64,000 nt of DNA. Source: an uncultured Clostridia bacterium (GTDB lineage Bacteria; Bacillota; Clostridia; Christensenellales; Aristaeellaceae). Shown here one piece after another: positions 44,528 through 52,879 of this stretch. A program made the position numbers and the translations under genes. A model generated the notes under the pieces. That model did not search any database, was not told where the DNA came from, and saw only the letters and a program-made list of their open reading frames with translations. The stretch's first letter is position 1. Every line of letters starts with the position of its first letter. Location: the NCBI GenBank assembly GCA_946538975.1, contig CAMNHF010000001.1, positions 10,431-74,430 of the forward strand, read 5' to 3'.

Positions 44528-47365
44528 TCAGTAGATGCCGGCCATCGCCTGCGTCAGCGCGCTCATCGCGCTGATGATCGCCGTCTGCCCGACGCTGCCG
44601 GAGGAGAGAATCACCTGCATGTTGTAGATGGCGTTCTGCAGGGCCGCGTACTGGCCGCCGGCGGGATCCAGCGTCGGCAGCATCGCCTGGGCCTGCTGCA
44701 GGAGGCTCTGCGCGTCCGGGATGAAAGGCGCGCCGCTGTTGTCCACCCCGGCGGGATCGGTGTAGCCGGTGTGCAGGGTGCACACGCCGCCGGCGGAGGA
44801 GACGAAGCTCCCCAGGTACTGCCGCAGCGTGTCGTCGTACTGGGTGCCGATGAAGTTGCTCAGCGGGTGGCCCTCCGGGATCACAATGACGCCGCGGGTT
44901 ACCACGTTCGGGCAGTACTGCGAGGCCAGCATGCCGCTCTCCGCGCAGACAGACTGCGCCTGGTGGATCTGGCAGGAGACGGTGGGCTGGGTGCCCTCCG
45001 CCCAGTAATCGGTGACCGTGCCGTAGCCCATTGCGTCGCTGCGGCAGGCATCGGTGGCCAGCTGGCCGGAGACGGCGCAGGTCGTCACCCGCGTCAGGCC
45101 GTAATCGGAGGGGCTGCCCTCGATGATGTCCTGATTGCCCAGCTGCCGTGCGGTGTGGATCTTGCTCATGTAGGCCTGCCACAGGGGGGCCGCCGCGCCG
45201 CTGCCGGTGGACGAGGAGGCCAGGGCCTTGTAGTTGTCATGGCCCACCCACAGCGCCGAGGCATAGTAGCCGGTCATGCCGGAGAAGTACACGCCCTTCT
45301 GGTCCGAGTTCGTGCCGGTCTTGCCGGCGACGGTCTGGCCGCTGATCTTCGCGCTGGTGCCGGTGCCGCTCTTCACCACGTCCTTCATCATGTCCACGAT
45401 CATGTAGCTGGTGGCGGCGGAGAACACCCGGCGGCGCTCCTGATGCTGGTGGCCGTCCCAGACCACATTGCCGTCGCTGTCGGAGATGCCCAGCACGGAG
45501 ATCGGCTCCTGATAGACGCCACTGTTGGCCAGCACGCCGTAGGCCACGGTCATCTGCAGCGGGGTGACGCCGCTGGAGCCGAGGGTCACGCCGAAGGGCG
45601 TCGCGTCGATGTGGTCGTCGTCCACGCCCAGCTGGTGCAGAAAGTCCACCGACCGCGTGACGCCCACCATGGTCATCAGGGTCTGCGCCGCAGCCGTGTT
45701 GTAGCTCTTGCGCAGGGCCTCGCGCAGGGTGATCGGCCCGGTGTAGCTGGAGCCGGAGTAGTTCCGCGGCCAGGTGTCCTCCAGCTTCGCGTTCTTCCAG
45801 CCCACGATGGGCAGGGGCATATTGAACACGATCGAAGCCGGGGAAGCGCCCATCTCCAGCGCGGGGGCGTAGACCGCGATGGGCTTGATCGCGCTGCCGA
45901 CGGGCATTTTCATGTCGGTGGCGCGGTTCATCGTCTTGCGGGCGGTCGGGGTGTCACGGCTGCCGACAATGGCCTTGATCTCGCCCGTGTGCCAGTCCAG
46001 CACCACCGCGCCGACCTGCGGCTGAATGATCTCGTCATAGGTGCCGTCGCTGTTGCGGGCGCGGTACACCTTGTCCGAGGGGTCGCGCAGGGAGGGGTAT
46101 TTCGTCCAGTGGCTGACCGTGTCCTGCACGATGGTCTGGATCTCCGTGTCGATGGCCAGCATCACCCGATAGCCGCCGGTGCGCAGCTTCGTCTCCATCT
46201 GCGCACGGTTCGCGGGCGTGTTATCCAGCCCTTCCATCTCGAGGAAGATGTCCACCACCTCGCGCACCGCGTACTCGACATAGTGCGGGTACTCGTACAT
46301 GCTGGCCCCGGCGGAGGGATCCTTCTCCAGCACCTGCGCCGTCGACGGGTCGAGGGCCGCCTGGTACTGCTCCCAGGTGATGTACTGATTCTCGTACATG
46401 CAGCGCAGCACATAGTTCGTGCGGTCGTTGGTGATCTTCGGGTAGTCCACGCCCTCCTTCTCCCGGGTGTAGAAGTTGCGGCGAGGATTGTAGTAGTAGG
46501 GACTGTTGCACAGCCCGGCCAGCATCGCGCACTCCCGCAGGGTCAGTTCCCCCAGGCCCTTGCCGAAGTAGCCCTGGGCCGCGGTCTGCACGCCGTAGTA
46601 GTTCTCGCCCAGGTAGATCGTGTTCAGGTAGCTCTCCAGAATCTGATCCTTCGTGTAGGTCTGCTCCAGCTGCATCGCCAGCCAGGCCTCCTGGATCTTG
46701 CGCTTGTAGCTCTGCTCGGAGGAGAGCAGGGTGTTCTTGATCAGCTGCTGCGTGATCGTGGAGCCGCCCTGCGTGGAGGAGGAGGACAGATTGGACACAA
46801 AGGCGCCCACGATGCGCTTCAGGTCGATGCCGTTGTGCGTGTAGAAGCGGGCGTCCTCCACCGCGACGAAGGCCTGCTGCAGATAGCGCGGCATCGCGGC
46901 GATGGAGACCATCACGCGGTTCTCCGTGCCCTTGTATTCCGTGATCAGCTTCCCGTTGCAGTCGTAGATGAAGGAGGTCTGCGCCTGATCGTCCAGGGCC
47001 GCCAGGTCCAGGGTCGGCGCGGTCTCCACGTAGCCCTTCGCGATGCCGATGACCGCGCCGAGCCCGGCCAGCGCGGCCAGCAGGATCAGCACGGCAAAAA
47101 TGCGCACCACGTTCACCGCGACGCTCAGCACAAAGGGCGGCTGACCCACGCGCGGCTTGAAAATCGAGTGCGGCTCCTCCTCCGCGTCATCGCGGACAAA
47201 TTCGTCTTCCGTGTAGGCTGTCCCCCGGGGCGTCTCCTCCACCGGCGGCAGGCCGATGCCCTCCACCGGCGTGCTCTCCTGCGGATAAGACGGCTCCCAC
47301 TGCGCCCCTTCGGCCTGCCGGCCCGCGGTGCGGCGCCGCCGGGGCGTGCCGTTTCGCTGCGACAT
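44528..47365 (-). CDS. bifunctional class A penicillin-binding protein (PBP1A type)
   Basis: GT51 motifs AFVAVEDARFYTHNGID and GGSTITQQLIKN. Transpeptidase GSAIKP (SxxK), SGS and KTGT. N-terminal basic tail plus a TM helix. Start at MSQRNG (aa 33 of the ORF). Confidence 0.9.
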   Translation of the reverse strand: MSQRNGTPRRRRTAGRQAEGAQWEPSYPQESTPVEGIGLPPVEETPRGTAYTEDEFVRDDAEEEPHSIFKPRVGQPPFVLSVAVNVVRIFAVLILLAALAGLGAVIGIAKGYVETAPTLDLAALDDQAQTSFIYDCNGKLITEYKGTENRVMVSIAAMPRYLQQAFVAVEDARFYTHNGIDLKRIVGAFVSNLSSSSTQGGSTITQQLIKNTLLSSEQSYKRKIQEAWLAMQLEQTYTKDQILESYLNTIYLGENYYGVQTAAQGYFGKGLGELTLRECAMLAGLCNSPYYYNPRRNFYTREKEGVDYPKITNDRTNYVLRCMYENQYITWEQYQAALDPSTAQVLEKDPSAGASMYEYPHYVEYAVREVVDIFLEMEGLDNTPANRAQMETKLRTGGYRVMLAIDTEIQTIVQDTVSHWTKYPSLRDPSDKVYRARNSDGTYDEIIQPQVGAVVLDWHTGEIKAIVGSRDTPTARKTMNRATDMKMPVGSAIKPIAVYAPALEMGASPASIVFNMPLPIVGWKNAKLEDTWPRNYSGSSYTGPITLREALRKSYNTAAAQTLMTMVGVTRSVDFLHQLGVDDDHIDATPFGVTLGSSGVTPLQMTVAYGVLANSGVYQEPISVLGISDSDGNVVWDGHQHQERRRVFSAATSYMIVDMMKDVVKSGTGTSAKISGQTVAGKTGTNSDQKGVYFSGMTGYYASALWVGHDNYKALASSSTGSGAAAPLWQAYMSKIHTARQLGNQDIIEGSPSDYGLTRVTTCAVSGQLATDACRSDAMGYGTVTDYWAEGTQPTVSCQIHQAQSVCAESGMLASQYCPNVVTRGVIVIPEGHPLSNFIGTQYDDTLRQYLGSFVSSAGGVCTLHTGYTDPAGVDNSGAPFIPDAQSLLQQAQAMLPTLDPAGGQYAALQNAIYNMQVILSSGSVGQTAIISAMSALTQAMAGIY

Positions 47366-47478
47366 GTTCCACCTCGTATGTCTCGTTTTCCGGCAGAGAG
47401 CCGGCGCCTTATTATAGCATATCCCGCCGTCCCGGGCAAATCCGCCGGCAATTTGTTGCAAGTGTTGCGGCCCTCCCG

Positions 47479-47655
47479 GGTGCTGCTCAATGCCTAGGGG
47501 AAGGAAACCCTTTTCCCGGAGGAAAAGGGCTTTCCTTCCCCCAGACCCCCATCTTTCCGAAAAGGCCGTTCTTTGAGGAAGGGGGATTTTTGCACGATTG
47601 GCGTGCGCAGGAGGACACGCTCATGCGCATATTGCCCTGCGGGCTGAGTAGCAAC
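47479..47655 (+). repeat. MITE/REP-like intergenic repeat, copy D (full length, same orientation as A)
   Basis: Collinear with copy A from ...ctaggggaaggaaacccttttc... to ...attgccctgcgggctgagtagcaac. Termini are partly degenerate. Confidence 0.7.
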
Positions 47656-47784
47656 CTCCCTGCGAAAAGCCGCCGACGGCAAAGCCCGCCGGAGCGTGCT
47701 GCGTGATCCGGCGGGCTCCTGGCAGGGGGAAACCGTGGTCATCCCCCGGGCGCATGGGATTGCGGGATGCTGACGGGCGGCCTT

Positions 47785-49197
47785 TCACCCCATCAGCGCG
47801 CGGTCGATGGCGGCGGCGGCCTGCTTGCCGGCGCCCATCGCGGAGATGACCGTGGCCGCGCCGGTCACGGCGTCGCCGCCGGCCCAGACATGCTCGCGGG
47901 AGCTGAGGCCGTCCTCATTGACAACGATGCCGCCGCGGCGGTTCACCTCCAGGCCGGCGGTCGTGTTCTTGATCAACGGGTTCGGGCTGGTGCCGATGGC
48001 CATGATGACCGTGTCCACCGCCAGCTCAAAGGCGCTGCCGGGAATCTCCACCGGACGGCGGCGGCCCGAGGCGTCCGGCTCGCCCAGCTCCATCCGCACG
48101 CAGCGGATGCCGGTGACGAAGCCGTTCTTCGGGTCGCGGGGATTGTCGGGGTTTGCATAGCCCAGGATCTCCGTGGGATTGCACAGCAGGCGGAAGTCGA
48201 TGCCCTCCTCCTGGGCGTGCTCCACCTCCTCGCGGCGGGCGGGCAGCTCCTCCATGGAGCGGCGATAAATGATGTAGACCTTCTCCGCGCCCAGCCGGAG
48301 CGCCGTGCGGGCCGCGTCCATGGCCACGTTGCCGCCGCCCACCACCGCCACGCGGCCGCCCTTCATGATGGGCGTGTGCGGCTTGTCCAGGTAGGCCTTC
48401 ATCAGGTTGGAGCGGGTCAGGTACTCGTTGGCGGAATAGACGCCCTTGCAGCTCTCCCCGGGGATGCCCATAAAGTTGGGCAGGCCCGCGCCGGAGCCGA
48501 TGAACACGGCCTCATAGCCCATGTCGAACAGCTCGTCGACGGTCAGCGTCTTGCCGATGATCACGTTCGTCTCAATGTCCACGCCCAGCCCTTGCAGGGT
48601 CTCCACCTCGCGGGCGACAATGGACTTGGGCAGGCGGAATTCCGGGATGCCGTACACCAGCACGCCGCCGGCGGTGTGCAGGGCCTCGTAGATCGTGACC
48701 TGATACCCCTTGCGGGCCAGATCGCCCGCGCAGGTCAGTCCGGAGGGGCCGGCGCCGACCACGGCGACCTTATGGCCGTTGGGGGCAGGCTTCGCGGGCT
48801 GGCCCGCCGCGTTGGCGTTGTGCCAGTCGGCGGCGAAGCGCTCCAGCCGGCCGATGGCCACCGGCTCCATCTTCGCGCGCACCTGCAGCGTGCACTTCGA
48901 TTCGCACTGGCTCTCCTGCGGGCAGACGCGGCCGCAGACCGCGGGCAGGGTCGAGGACTGGCTGATGATCTGGTACGCCTCCTCAAAGTTCCCCTGCCTG
49001 ATCTGCGCGATGAAGTCCGGAATGCGCACGTTGACCGGGCAGCCCGCCACGCAGGGCCGGTCCTTGCAGTTCAGGCAGCGCTTGGCCTCCTCCAGGGCGA
49101 TTTCCACCGGATAGCCCTGCGCCACCTCGGCAAAGTTATGGGCGCGCACCTCCGGGCTCTGGGTGGGCATTTCATGTTTTTTCGGCTGAATGGGCAT
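47785..49197 (-). CDS. nfnB: NADPH-dependent glutamate synthase small-chain-like oxidoreductase (NfnB/SudA type)
   Basis: N-terminal Fe-S Cys motifs (CLNCKDRPCVAGCP, CGRVCPQESQCESKC) and two dinucleotide folds (VAVVGAGPSG, VAVVGGGNVA). Immediately follows the NfnA-like gene. Confidence 0.8.
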   Translation of the reverse strand: MPIQPKKHEMPTQSPEVRAHNFAEVAQGYPVEIALEEAKRCLNCKDRPCVAGCPVNVRIPDFIAQIRQGNFEEAYQIISQSSTLPAVCGRVCPQESQCESKCTLQVRAKMEPVAIGRLERFAADWHNANAAGQPAKPAPNGHKVAVVGAGPSGLTCAGDLARKGYQVTIYEALHTAGGVLVYGIPEFRLPKSIVAREVETLQGLGVDIETNVIIGKTLTVDELFDMGYEAVFIGSGAGLPNFMGIPGESCKGVYSANEYLTRSNLMKAYLDKPHTPIMKGGRVAVVGGGNVAMDAARTALRLGAEKVYIIYRRSMEELPARREEVEHAQEEGIDFRLLCNPTEILGYANPDNPRDPKNGFVTGIRCVRMELGEPDASGRRRPVEIPGSAFELAVDTVIMAIGTSPNPLIKNTTAGLEVNRRGGIVVNEDGLSSREHVWAGGDAVTGAATVISAMGAGKQAAAAIDRALMG

Positions 49198-49210
49198 TGT
49201 CTTCCCTCCC

Positions 49211-50059
49211 TCAGGCTTTCCGGAACAGGCTGCACGCCTCCTCGTAAGCGTGGCGCTCGTAATCCGCATACATGCGGCCGCGGCTCATGGCTTCGTCAAA
49301 GTCCACCTCGTAGCCGTTGAAATCGGGGCCGTCCACACAGGCGAACCGCGTCACCCGCTGCCCGTCCTGCACCAGGGTGATCCGGCAGCCGCCGCACATG
49401 CCGGTGCCGTCGATCATGATCGGGTTCATGCTGACGGTGACGCGCACGCCGAAGGGCTTCGCCGCGGCGACGACGAACTTCATCATGACCAGCGGGCCGA
49501 TGGCGATGATCCGGTCGAACTTCTCCCCCGCCGTCAGCATTTCCTTCAGCGGCTCGGTCACATTGCCGTGCCGGCCATAGGAGCCGTCGTCCGTGGTGAC
49601 GATCAGGCGGTCGGAGCAGGCGGCGAACTCATCCTCCAGGATCAGCAGCTCCCGATTGCGGAAGCCGATGATGCTGGTCACGGCCGCGCCGATCCGGTGC
49701 AGCTCCTGGGCGACGGGCATCGCAATCGCGCAGCCCACGCCGCCGCCGATGACGCAGACGCGCTCCGGGCCGTTCATCTCGGTCGCCGTGCCCAGCGGGC
49801 CCGCGAAATCCTGCAGCGCGTCGCCCTCGCGGAGGTGATTGAGCGCCTCCGTGGTCGCGCCGACCACCTGGAAAATGACCTTCACCGTGCCCTCCTCCGG
49901 GCAGGTGCCCGCGACGGTGAGCGGGATGCGCTCCCCCGCCTCGTCCACGCGCAGGATGATAAACTGGCCGGGCCGGGCCTTGCGGGCCACCAGCGGCGCC
50001 TCCACCTCGATCTGGGTGACCGTGGGATTCAATTCGCGTCTCCTGACAATCTTGTACAA
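49211..50059 (-). CDS. nfnA: FAD/NAD-binding, 2Fe-2S oxidoreductase subunit (NfnA/SudB type)
   Basis: RPGQFIILRV, VIGGGVGCA and the C-terminal CGGCR...CVDGP cluster motif. TTG start 6 nt after GGAGGG. Coordinate set from the ORF-track frame. Confidence 0.75.
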   Translation of the reverse strand: MYKIVRRRELNPTVTQIEVEAPLVARKARPGQFIILRVDEAGERIPLTVAGTCPEEGTVKVIFQVVGATTEALNHLREGDALQDFAGPLGTATEMNGPERVCVIGGGVGCAIAMPVAQELHRIGAAVTSIIGFRNRELLILEDEFAACSDRLIVTTDDGSYGRHGNVTEPLKEMLTAGEKFDRIIAIGPLVMMKFVVAAAKPFGVRVTVSMNPIMIDGTGMCGGCRITLVQDGQRVTRFACVDGPDFNGYEVDFDEAMSRGRMYADYERHAYEEACSLFRKA

Positions 50060-50396
50060 AACTGACCCTCCTCGCCTTCCGGCGGCATGTGCGCGGACGC
50101 GGCAGGCGCCGCCCTCCCAGCCGGCTGAACAAATACGATGATAACCCACGAAGCCCCGCTTGTCAATCAATTGCCCCGGAAGAAACAGCGAAGGAACAAT
50201 GCGCGGGGTGCTGTGCAGTCGTCAGACAGGCAAAGCAGCGATCGAAGGGTTATCAGGGGGGCGAAGCCAGGCTGAGCAGCAATGAGATGTCACTTCCGGG
50301 AAGGGAAAAACCGCTTCGCCTATTGCTCCTTTGAAAGAATCGTGTATAATGGCGCTGTGCGGTTTTGCCGCACCGGAATCAAGGAGGACACAAATC

Positions 50397-52358
50397 ATGG
50401 AAAGAGCCGCAGCGATTGAACAATACCGTACCGCCCTGCGGAACGGTCAGAAATACTGCAATGCCTGCATCTCCCGGGGCCAGTTCCCCTACCCGCAGGT
50501 GCTGGAAGACCTCTACCCCGAAGCGATGACCGCCGCGCGCGCCGAGCTGGGCGTGATGGAGATCCCCATGGACGCGATCATCGGCACCCTGGCCAGCGGA
50601 CGGAAATCCGCCTTCGCAGGGAACTTCATGCCGCTGCTCAACGAGAACACGGAGTTCGCGGCGAAATGGATCAACCTGTGCAGCGCCCACCTGAGCGACC
50701 GCGGCATCGTCGACCCCATCGTGTGCTTTGAGTATCTGGGCCGCTTCTATGTGCAGGAGGGGCACAAGCGCGTCAGCGTGCTGCGCTCCTACGACGCGCT
50801 GACCATCCGCGCGAAGGTCACCCGCGTCTACCCCGTCTGGAACGACGAGCCCAACATCCGCGCCTATTATGAATTCCTGGAGTTCTTCAAGCGCGCGCAG
50901 ATCTACGGCCCCATGTTCACCCGGCCCGGCTGCTGGGCGAAGCTGGAGGAAGGCCTGGGCTTTGAGAAGGGCCATGTCTGGACCGGAGACGAGCGGGCCG
51001 ACTTCATGCGCCTGTACTGGCGGCTGCGCGAAGCCTGCACCCCGCAGATGCTGGAGCAGGTGCCCGAGCACTCTCTCAGCGAGGTGCTGCTGAGCTGCCT
51101 GGACGTCTATCCCTACGAGCAGCTCAAGACGCTGGACACCGCGGAGCTGCGCCGCCGCGCGACCGCCCTGCTGCCCGATCTGCGCTACGCCGCCAAGGAG
51201 GAGACGAAGGGCGAGCTGCCCACCGTCTCCACCGAGCCCGCCATCCCCGGCAAGACCCTGGTCGGCCGCATCCTGGACGGCATCGCCCGGCCCACGCTGA
51301 ATGTGGCCTTCGTCCACGTCAACGATCCGGCCACCAGCGCGTGGACGCAGGGCCATGACGAGGGCGCCCGCCAGATGGAGGAAGCCCTGGGCAGCCAGGT
51401 GCGCGTGAAGACCTACATCGTCGGCGAGGAGGACGCGGACACCCTGATGGAGCGCGCCGTCGCCGAGGACGGGGCGCAGCTGCTGATCGCCACCGCGCCG
51501 ACCCTGCTGGCCCCCGCGCGGCAGGCCGCCGCCCTGCATCCCAGCCTGAAGGTGCTGGTCTGCGCGCTCTCCGTGCCCTATGTGGGCGTGCGCACCTATT
51601 ACAGCCGCATTCACGAGGCGAAGTTCATCTCCGGCGCGATCGCCGGCGCCCTGTGCGGCAGCGATCCCATCGGCTACATCGCCCGCTATCCCATTCTGGG
51701 CGTGCCCGCCTCCATCAACTCCTTCGCCCTGGGCGTGCGCATGACGAACCCCAAGGCGCAGATTCTGCTGGAATGGTCCGGCATGGACGTCGACCCGGTG
51801 CAGAAGCTCTGGGCCGCCGGCGCGCGCATCATCTCCGGCCATCCGGTGGCCGCCAGCACGCCCAGCAACATCGGGCCCGGCTGGTCCACCGCGCTGATGG
51901 AGAAGGATGGCTCCTTCCTGCCGCTGGCCGTGGACATCTGGAACTGGGGCCGCACCTATGAGCAGATCGTGCGCTCCGTGCTGGCCGGGGCCTGGGACAC
52001 CGCCGCGCCGCGCGACACCGCCGTCAGCTACTGGTGGGGCCTGTCCAGCGGCGTGATCGACGTGCGCCTGTCCGACACCGTGCCCCAGGGCGTGCGCCAG
52101 CTGGCCGGCATCCTGAAGGAGGGCATCATCCGCGGCACCGTGGATCCCTTCCAGGGGGTGGTGCTGGACCAGGGCAAGCGGGTGCGCTCCACCCAGGACA
52201 GCTGGTTCCAGCCGGAGGAGCTGATGCGGATGAACTGGCTGTGCGACAACGTGATCGGCCACATCCCCACCGTGGACGAGCTGCTGCCGATGGCCCGCGA
52301 GACCACGCGGCTGCTGGCCCTGCCCGAGGATGTGCCGCAGCCCGCTCCGGCGAACTGA
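50397..52358 (+). CDS. cytoplasmic fusion protein: ParB/Srx-like N-terminal domain plus BMP (PnrA/Med-like) domain
   Basis: No signal peptide. N-terminal block CFEYLGRFYVQEGHKRVSVL is ParB-like. The C-terminal ~330 aa (LNVAFVHVNDPATSAWTQGHDEG...AKFISGAIAG...GVPASINSFALG) resembles BMP family binding proteins. Confidence 0.65.
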   Translation: MERAAAIEQYRTALRNGQKYCNACISRGQFPYPQVLEDLYPEAMTAARAELGVMEIPMDAIIGTLASGRKSAFAGNFMPLLNENTEFAAKWINLCSAHLSDRGIVDPIVCFEYLGRFYVQEGHKRVSVLRSYDALTIRAKVTRVYPVWNDEPNIRAYYEFLEFFKRAQIYGPMFTRPGCWAKLEEGLGFEKGHVWTGDERADFMRLYWRLREACTPQMLEQVPEHSLSEVLLSCLDVYPYEQLKTLDTAELRRRATALLPDLRYAAKEETKGELPTVSTEPAIPGKTLVGRILDGIARPTLNVAFVHVNDPATSAWTQGHDEGARQMEEALGSQVRVKTYIVGEEDADTLMERAVAEDGAQLLIATAPTLLAPARQAAALHPSLKVLVCALSVPYVGVRTYYSRIHEAKFISGAIAGALCGSDPIGYIARYPILGVPASINSFALGVRMTNPKAQILLEWSGMDVDPVQKLWAAGARIISGHPVAASTPSNIGPGWSTALMEKDGSFLPLAVDIWNWGRTYEQIVRSVLAGAWDTAAPRDTAVSYWWGLSSGVIDVRLSDTVPQGVRQLAGILKEGIIRGTVDPFQGVVLDQGKRVRSTQDSWFQPEELMRMNWLCDNVIGHIPTVDELLPMARETTRLLALPEDVPQPAPAN

Positions 52359-52373
52359 GCGGAGGAGGGCGGC

Positions 52374-52853
52374 ATGCGCGTGACCATCATCGCCGTGGGG
52401 CAGATGCGGGAGAAGCCGTACCGCGCCATGGCGGAGGAATACCTGACAAGGCTGAGCCGCTTCGGCAGCTATCAGGTGGTGGATCTGCCCGATCTGCCGG
52501 AGCCGAAGAACGCCTCCCCCGCCGAGGAGGAGGCAGTCCGCCGCCGGGAGGGCGAGGCCATTCTCCGCGCCCTGAAGCCGGGGCAGCGGGTCATCGCCCT
52601 GGCCATCGAAGGGCGGCAGTACGCCTCTGAGGAGCTGGCGGCGCATCTGCGGGAGCTGGCCGTGCGCGGCGTGAGCGACATCGCGCTGGTCATCGGCGGC
52701 TCGCTGGGCCTGTCGCCGGCCGTGATGCAGCGCGCCGACGAGACGCTCTCCATGGGGAAGATGACCTTCCCCCACCAGCTGGCCCGGGTGATGCTGCTGG
52801 AGCAGCTCTACCGCTGCGAGAAGATCAGCGCGGGCGAGCGCTACCACAAATAA
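52374..52853 (+). CDS. rlmH: 23S rRNA (pseudouridine1915-N3)-methyltransferase
   Basis: 159 aa. ...VIALAIEGRQYASEELA...IALVIGGSLGLSP...LSMGKMTFPHQLARVMLLEQLYR is typical of RlmH/SPOUT. Confidence 0.9.
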   Translation: MRVTIIAVGQMREKPYRAMAEEYLTRLSRFGSYQVVDLPDLPEPKNASPAEEEAVRRREGEAILRALKPGQRVIALAIEGRQYASEELAAHLRELAVRGVSDIALVIGGSLGLSPAVMQRADETLSMGKMTFPHQLARVMLLEQLYRCEKISAGERYHK

Positions 52854-52879
52854 AGCCTGTACGCAAAAGGAGCTGTTTC

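Noticed and set aside
43382-47497. 1371-aa plus-strand ORF, the longest in the window.
   Set aside because: It is antisense to the well-supported PBP1A and metallophosphoesterase genes. Its composition is dominated by Arg/Ala/Gly/His/Val/Leu with no recognisable motifs. This is the typical shadow ORF of a high-GC genome.
50379-52847. 822-aa minus-strand ORF. Also 119..1801, 1798..3324, 3155..4198, 21066..23321, 52841..54436 and 57320..59485.
   Set aside because: All are mirror-frame ORFs opposite genes with strong homology signatures. None has an RBS or motif support.
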